64,000 nucleotides of DNA from the sequence record MT446386.1; one strand, 5' to 3'. The translations under genes were made by a program, and so were the position numbers. Positions 58,929 through 64,000 of the stretch are shown here, piece after piece (the first letter of the stretch is position 1; the number at the start of each line of letters is the position of its first letter). The notes beneath the pieces are model-generated. The model did no database searches, was not told where the DNA came from, and worked only from the letters and a program-made list of their open reading frames with translations. The DNA is from Escherichia virus TH06.

Positions 58929-59348
58929 ATGTCAGAAGTAATTTACGTAGCAACTTATGGTTCTCTTCGTCGTGGTCAAGCTAACTATTTAGTTAATGAT
59001 CGAGCTGGTGCTAAGTCAATTGGTGAAGGTTGGACTGAAGACAACTTTGATCTGTTCCGTTACGGTGGTTCCTACTTCCCGAGCATCTCTCTCGCACACA
59101 GCAATAACAATAAGCCTGTTCGTGTAGAAGTGTTTGCTACTGACAAAGCAGGTCTGGAAGGTCCGTATGACCGTCTGGAAGGTTACAATAAACGTAGCCC
59201 TGAAGACAGCTTCTATCAGCGTACTCAGATTGCCGTTAAGCTGGACTCAGGTGAAACTGTTATCGCTTGGATTTATCATATCGACGAAGAACAAGATGTT
59301 CTGGTTGAATCTGGCGACTGGTCAGAGTATCTGAAAAGTGAATCTTGA
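58929..59348 (+). CDS. gamma-glutamyl cyclotransferase (GGCT/AIG2)-like protein
   Basis: N-terminal YVATYGSLRRGQANY and downstream YDRLEGY resemble the GGCT fold signature. Confidence 0.45.
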   Translation: MSEVIYVATYGSLRRGQANYLVNDRAGAKSIGEGWTEDNFDLFRYGGSYFPSISLAHSNNNKPVRVEVFATDKAGLEGPYDRLEGYNKRSPEDSFYQRTQIAVKLDSGETVIAWIYHIDEEQDVLVESGDWSEYLKSES

Positions 59349-59541
59349 GAAAAGACAGGCTCTTCGGAGACTTGAAGCCAAGTATTTAATGCTACGGTGC
59401 AAAATCAATCGACATGAACGTTTCGTTGAAGCTGCACAATCTAAAAACTTTGAATCATCAGTGGAGATGTTCAAGACCCAACTTTCTTTTTATAGGAAAG
59501 AACAGGAACAAGTGTGGGATGAAATTCGTTCGTTCTACTAA
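59338..59541 (+). CDS. hypothetical small protein
   Basis: ORF. Confidence 0.35.
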   Translation: MNLEKRQALRRLEAKYLMLRCKINRHERFVEAAQSKNFESSVEMFKTQLSFYRKEQEQVWDEIRSFY

Positions 59542-59567
59542 GCTCAAGGATTCCAAGGAGGAAGAGC

Positions 59568-61358
59568 ATGTCAAAGATCATTTTGGGAGACACAGGTTGT
59601 AAGGAATGTATCTCTCATGGTCGTGATAAAACCCACAACCACATGATTCTCTTCCGTAACGAAGAGACTGGTGAGGAGTGGGGAAGTTGTAACCGTTGTG
59701 GGAATTACGAAGTGTTCGAAAAGGGCACTACACCTACTCCAAACGAGAAGAAAGAGTTATCCCCTGAAGAGTTGAGAGAAGTCTTAGATGATTGCTTAGA
59801 GCTTCCTCAGGGTGAACTTACTCGCCGTTTAATCCCAAAAGCTGTATCAGAGCGTTTTGAGTGTCGTATTGGCCTCAGTCAAACTGATGGTCAGACACCA
59901 GACAGTTACTTCTTTCCTCGTGAACGTGATGGAAACATTGTCGGATATGAGGTTAAGCTGCTAGATAGTAAGAAGTTCTATTACGTCGGCAGTGTGAAAG
60001 AAGCAGATTTGTTCGGTATGGCACAAGCTCAACGTGGAGATGTGTACAACAAGAAGCTGTTCATTTTTGAAGACCCGCTATCCTGTATGTCAGGTTTCCA
60101 TGTCCTTACGGCTTTTACAAATGCAACAAACATTAAACCAGCATGTGTTTCTTTACCGTTCGGTGCAGGTTCAATCTCTTCTGTGTTGTCTCGTAACCGA
60201 GACTTCGTAAATGGTTTTGAGGAGGTTGTGCTCTGCATGGACAACGATGATGCAGGTGAGATAGCTTTAACAAAAGGTCGTTCTTTATTCCCTCATGTTA
60301 AGTTTGCTCGTATTCCTAAAGGAACTTTCCCATACAACGGTGTGGAGAAAGAGATTAAGGATGCGAATGACATGCTTCTGTCTGGTCGTGGTCAAGAGTT
60401 ATTCAACATTCTCAAGTACTCAGCAAAGCGGGAATCTCCTGCTGGAGCTGTAACAATCTTTGATTGTCTTGATGATGCTCTGAAGAAAGCGGAGTGGGGT
60501 ATCCCATATCCGTGGAAGACTCTGAATGAGATGACCTTCGGTATTCGATGGGGAGAGGTGGTAGCAATTGGTGGTGGAGTAGGGAGTGGTAAAACACTCA
60601 TTGCTCACGAGCTGGTTGCCCATCTGTGCTTAGAGCATGGTTTTAATGGAGGTGGCTTCTTCTTGGAAGAGAAGGTAGGCATGTCTGTTAAGAACATTGC
60701 TGGTAAGTCAGCATCAATTCCTTTCCACCGACCTGATGTTGAATATGATGAGGAGGATTTGCGTAATGAAGCACTTCGTTATGCAGACAAATTCTTCTTG
60801 TATGACAACTTCGGACAGAACGAATGGGAAGACATTAAACAGTGTATCCGTTTCTGGGTAGTTGAAAACCAGTGTAAGTTTATCATCCTTGATAACATTA
60901 CCGCTCTGGTATCTCATTTAACACCTTCAGAGATTAACACTGAAATCAGTAAGATTGCTTCCGAGCTTGCTGGTATGTGTAAAGAGTTAGACTTTACCGC
61001 TTTCGTGCTATCTCACCTTAATGCTCCGGCAGGTGGTGCTCCTCATGAAGAAGGTGGACAGGTACGTGAAGTGCAGTTCACTGGTTCTCGTTCCCTTATG
61101 CGTTGGTGTCAGTGTATCATTGGCTTTGAGCGCGACAAGCAAGCTGATGGCTTAGCTAAGAACCTCTCAGTCATTCGATTACTGAAAGAACGTAACTACG
61201 GTCAGACGGGTGTCTGCTATACTAAGTATATCAGTGAAACCGGTAGACTTGTAGAAAGGGAAGACTTTGAAGTTGATGAAGATAATCCATTCGTTTTAAC
61301 TAACGGAGAGGATGCAGCTTCTCTCGTCAACCAAGCAGATGGAGCTTCACCGTGGTAA
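59568..61358 (+). CDS. DNA primase-helicase (T7 gp4-like)
   Basis: N-terminal zinc finger (CKEC...CNRC), TOPRIM-like [10 protein letters not shown], Walker [10 protein letters not shown], Walker B-like FIILDN. Confidence 0.7.
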   Translation: MSKIILGDTGCKECISHGRDKTHNHMILFRNEETGEEWGSCNRCGNYEVFEKGTTPTPNEKKELSPEELREVLDDCLELPQGELTRRLIPKAVSERFECRIGLSQTDGQTPDSYFFPRERDGNIVGYEVKLLDSKKFYYVGSVKEADLFGMAQAQRGDVYNKKLFIFEDPLSCMSGFHVLTAFTNATNIKPACVSLPFGAGSISSVLSRNRDFVNGFEEVVLCMDNDDAGEIALTKGRSLFPHVKFARIPKGTFPYNGVEKEIKDANDMLLSGRGQELFNILKYSAKRESPAGAVTIFDCLDDALKKAEWGIPYPWKTLNEMTFGIRWGEVVAIGGGVGSGKTLIAHELVAHLCLEHGFNGGGFFLEEKVGMSVKNIAGKSASIPFHRPDVEYDEEDLRNEALRYADKFFLYDNFGQNEWEDIKQCIRFWVVENQCKFIILDNITALVSHLTPSEINTEISKIASELAGMCKELDFTAFVLSHLNAPAGGAPHEEGGQVREVQFTGSRSLMRWCQCIIGFERDKQADGLAKNLSVIRLLKERNYGQTGVCYTKYISETGRLVEREDFEVDEDNPFVLTNGEDAASLVNQADGASPW

Positions 61359-61909
61359 AGAAAAAGAAGAAAGTGTTTGCATTCGATATCGAGAGTAATG
61401 CACTGTACGATGACATAACTAAAGTATGGTGTATTTACATCTTCAATGTTGAAACTGGTGAAAGGTGGGGCTATCGGCCTCACCAAATTGAAGACGGGAT
61501 TCGTAAACTTACAGAAGCTGATGTGCTCGTTGGTCATAACATTATTGACTTCGACTTACCTGCTCTGAAGAAGATGTATCCTTCTTTGATTAAATATCAT
61601 TTTAACGTCTTTGACACTCTATGTCTTAGTCGATATCTTAAACCTGACCGTATTGGTGACAGTCCTGAGTATCCGAAAGGCGACCCTAGACATGGCCCAA
61701 GAGGTCATGGCTTGAAGCAGTGGGGTGAGTTCTTAGAGGAACTTAAAGGAGATTACGGTGAGCAAGAGGAAGCATGGGATGCTTTCACTGAAGATATGTT
61801 TACTTATTGTGAACAGGACGTTAACTTAACCGTTAAGGTTTATAAATACTTGTGTGAACTCACAGGATTCGACCCTTACGACCCACCTTCATTATATTGG
61901 AAAATGTAA
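61352..61909 (+). CDS. DnaQ-like 3'-5' exonuclease (stand-alone)
   Basis: Exo I FDIES, Exo II HNIIDFD, Exo III YCEQD. Confidence 0.6.
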   Translation: MVKKKKKVFAFDIESNALYDDITKVWCIYIFNVETGERWGYRPHQIEDGIRKLTEADVLVGHNIIDFDLPALKKMYPSLIKYHFNVFDTLCLSRYLKPDRIGDSPEYPKGDPRHGPRGHGLKQWGEFLEELKGDYGEQEEAWDAFTEDMFTYCEQDVNLTVKVYKYLCELTGFDPYDPPSLYWKM

Positions 61910-61910
61910 A

Positions 61911-63272
61911 ATGATTGTTATCCCGATTAACCAAATTGAAGATAAGGTTTCTCAACAACCTGATATCACTGTTGGTCGTCACTTCATTGAGCAATTGATT
62001 AATAACAACTTAATTCCAGACGGTATCTGTCCCATCATTACTGGTGGGGCTGTTCGAGATGCTGTGCTTAATAACACAGCTCCACATGACATTGATATCT
62101 TTATTGTCAGAGGACAAACACCAAGAACTCAAAACACATTCATCCCAACTGACCGTTGGCAAGCTCTTGGAAGAGAGATTGAAAGTAATGTGAAGGAATG
62201 GCTAGAGTCACAAGATATCGAGTATGCATCCCTTCTTGCTGAAGCTACGAACGAATCCTATGCTGGGGGTTCTCAATTAACATTCACTGATATTATTGAG
62301 TTTCAGTGGAATGGGGTTCGTATCCAATTCATGTTTAATTATCCTACTTCTATTGAAGAGGTATTGGATAATTTTCCTATGATGTGTCGTGGTGCGATGA
62401 CTCTTGACAATTTATTCATGACTTCTCATGGGTATTTGGCTATGACCGCCCCCTGTCCAGTGGTTGTTTCTAGTCGTGAAATCAGATACGTTCACAAGAA
62501 GTGGCCTAACTCGCAAGTATTGAGATTTTCCTCTCCAGCAGTTGCACATCAATACATGGCCCAAACTCGATATCTTCCCACACCCCAGCCGGTTAGTCAT
62601 CTGGTTAATGGATTAGGTCAGGTTTCTCTTATTGAGGATACAACAAGTGCTCAATATTGTGTTAACCGAGACATGAGTCGATTCTTTGGAATCCCTTATG
62701 AAGAGATTCAGTTAATGTCAAGCATTCATGGCTCTAGCCAGATTCGTGCATATTGGTCTGAAGGGTTGACAAACTTAACAACTAATACAGGAGGAGATCT
62801 CCTTGGTCGAGAAGATGAACCTAATCGGCACAATGCAATTGAAGGGGTGTTTGTAGCCCCTGCAATGCGCCGAGCACAAGAGTCACGAAGAGTAAGCCCT
62901 ACTCGTAGAACATCTTTTGAAGAAGCTCTTGGTATTACAAGTGATTCTATGGAGAGATGGATGGCTAGTCCTTCTCGTGGTCGTCCAAATGGTTTAACTG
63001 TTAGCGCACGTCAGTTCTCTGGTCAGGGTTTTGCTGTTGGTGATATCAACGCACCTGTTAGGGCTGTGTGGACTGATGAAGGTGTGGCCCAAGATGTGGC
63101 AGGTAGTCTTGATGTTCCTTCTCATGAGGAACTTGCTGAGACCATCAGTCGAAATCTCGCTGACCGCTTTGTTGCTAACAACCCTGAAGTATTAGAACCT
63201 CAAACCCGCACAGTTCGGTTTGCCGATGAAGCGGGTCGTGGAATCTCTTTTGACATGGAAACAAACAACTAA
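61911..63272 (+). CDS. Pol-beta-superfamily nucleotidyltransferase with a CCA-adding-enzyme-like head motif
   Basis: ITGGAVRDAVL...HDIDIF resembles the GG(A/S)VRD ... D.D motif of class II tRNA nucleotidyltransferases; start chosen at the ATG after the exonuclease stop. Confidence 0.4.
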   Translation: MIVIPINQIEDKVSQQPDITVGRHFIEQLINNNLIPDGICPIITGGAVRDAVLNNTAPHDIDIFIVRGQTPRTQNTFIPTDRWQALGREIESNVKEWLESQDIEYASLLAEATNESYAGGSQLTFTDIIEFQWNGVRIQFMFNYPTSIEEVLDNFPMMCRGAMTLDNLFMTSHGYLAMTAPCPVVVSSREIRYVHKKWPNSQVLRFSSPAVAHQYMAQTRYLPTPQPVSHLVNGLGQVSLIEDTTSAQYCVNRDMSRFFGIPYEEIQLMSSIHGSSQIRAYWSEGLTNLTTNTGGDLLGREDEPNRHNAIEGVFVAPAMRRAQESRRVSPTRRTSFEEALGITSDSMERWMASPSRGRPNGLTVSARQFSGQGFAVGDINAPVRAVWTDEGVAQDVAGSLDVPSHEELAETISRNLADRFVANNPEVLEPQTRTVRFADEAGRGISFDMETNN

Positions 63273-63281
63273 GGAATAAGA

Positions 63282-63815
63282 ATGAGTTTACTAGGAAGTG
63301 TTGAACTGCACGATGTAATTGACAATGGCTATCTGGATGCGGAGCATAAGTATGTTAACGCTGCTAGTGTGGATATCCGTATTGGTGATACTATCCTTGT
63401 TGAAGAACAGGCTGATGGCATCGTTGATATTGATGCGAAAGAGAATCTTCAGTGGAAGGAAGTAAAGATTCCTGAAGAGGGTTTGGTTATCACTCCGGGT
63501 CAGTTCTTCTTGGCTCACTCTATGGAGGAGTTTAATCTTCCAGATAACATCTCAAGTCTGTTTGTTCTGCGTTCATCTATGGCTCGTTGTGGTTTGAACC
63601 ATCTCCACGCTGGGTGGGCAGACGCAGGGTTTAATAGCAGTAAGCTGACATTTGAATTCCATAACGTAACCAAGCATCATAGCTTACGAGTTCGTGCTGG
63701 TATGCGTGTTGGTCAGATGGTTATGTTTGAGCACTCTCATGCAGGGGAGCACTCCTATGCAGTGAAGGGTCGTTATAATAACTCTGAAGGTGTAGTTGCA
63801 TCTAAAGGTGTGTAA
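63282..63815 (+). CDS. dCTP deaminase (Dcd family)
   Basis: SVDIRIG, VITPGQFFLAHSMEEF, RSSMARCG. Confidence 0.55.
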   Translation: MSLLGSVELHDVIDNGYLDAEHKYVNAASVDIRIGDTILVEEQADGIVDIDAKENLQWKEVKIPEEGLVITPGQFFLAHSMEEFNLPDNISSLFVLRSSMARCGLNHLHAGWADAGFNSSKLTFEFHNVTKHHSLRVRAGMRVGQMVMFEHSHAGEHSYAVKGRYNNSEGVVASKGV

Positions 63816-64000
63816 ATGAAAAAGTGGATTGTTCGTGTACATGATAACACGACTGGAGAGTTAGTAGCTGTAGATTTTGTTAAGACTCGAGAGCACGCAC
63901 GTAGGGTCAAAAATCAATACAAATCTACTTTTAGACTTAATAAGGTTACACTAGGAAAAGCTATCGTGAATAGTGAAGGTGCTTTTTGTGTTAACAGTAA
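63816..64000 (+). CDS. hypothetical protein, 3' end outside window
   Basis: ATG directly after the dCTP deaminase stop; open to the window edge. Confidence 0.35.
   Translation, partial: MKKWIVRVHDNTTGELVAVDFVKTREHARRVKNQYKSTFRLNKVTLGKAIVNSEGAFCVNS

Overview
This window reads as about 64 kb of a lytic, tailed dsDNA coliphage with podovirus-like gene order; no integrase or lysogeny module is visible. Resemblance to phiEco32-like phages is my inference from the gene content (phage-encoded ECF-like sigma factor, one tRNA-Arg, sigma70-type early promoters), not a database result. A minus-strand late block (about 34.9 kb down to 4.2 kb) encodes small and large terminase, portal, scaffold, major capsid protein with a probable -1 frameshift Ig-like extension, tail fibres, a GH24 lysozyme, an SLT transglycosylase and large internal virion proteins. 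The plus strand carries early and middle genes (35.7 to 64 kb, continuing at 0.3 to 4 kb): many small ORFs, one tRNA-Arg(TCT), primase-helicase, 3'-5' exonuclease, FEN-type nuclease, dCTP deaminase and the sigma factor. The strongest candidates for an uncharacterised system are (1) an amidoligase / class II glutamine amidotransferase / ATP-grasp / GGCT-like enzyme cluster at about 51.9 to 59.3 kb, (2) a 1.9 kb ORF-free region with four sigma70-like promoters and a repeated CCGCTCTTTAAAAAT motif, and (3) two tandem arrays of diverged ~80 aa paralogs, each followed by a copy of a conserved ~100 bp element. All functional calls come from motifs read by eye in the supplied translations; no searches were run. 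Most plus-strand CDS starts were re-chosen from the track using RBS and start/stop overlap and are less certain than the stops.
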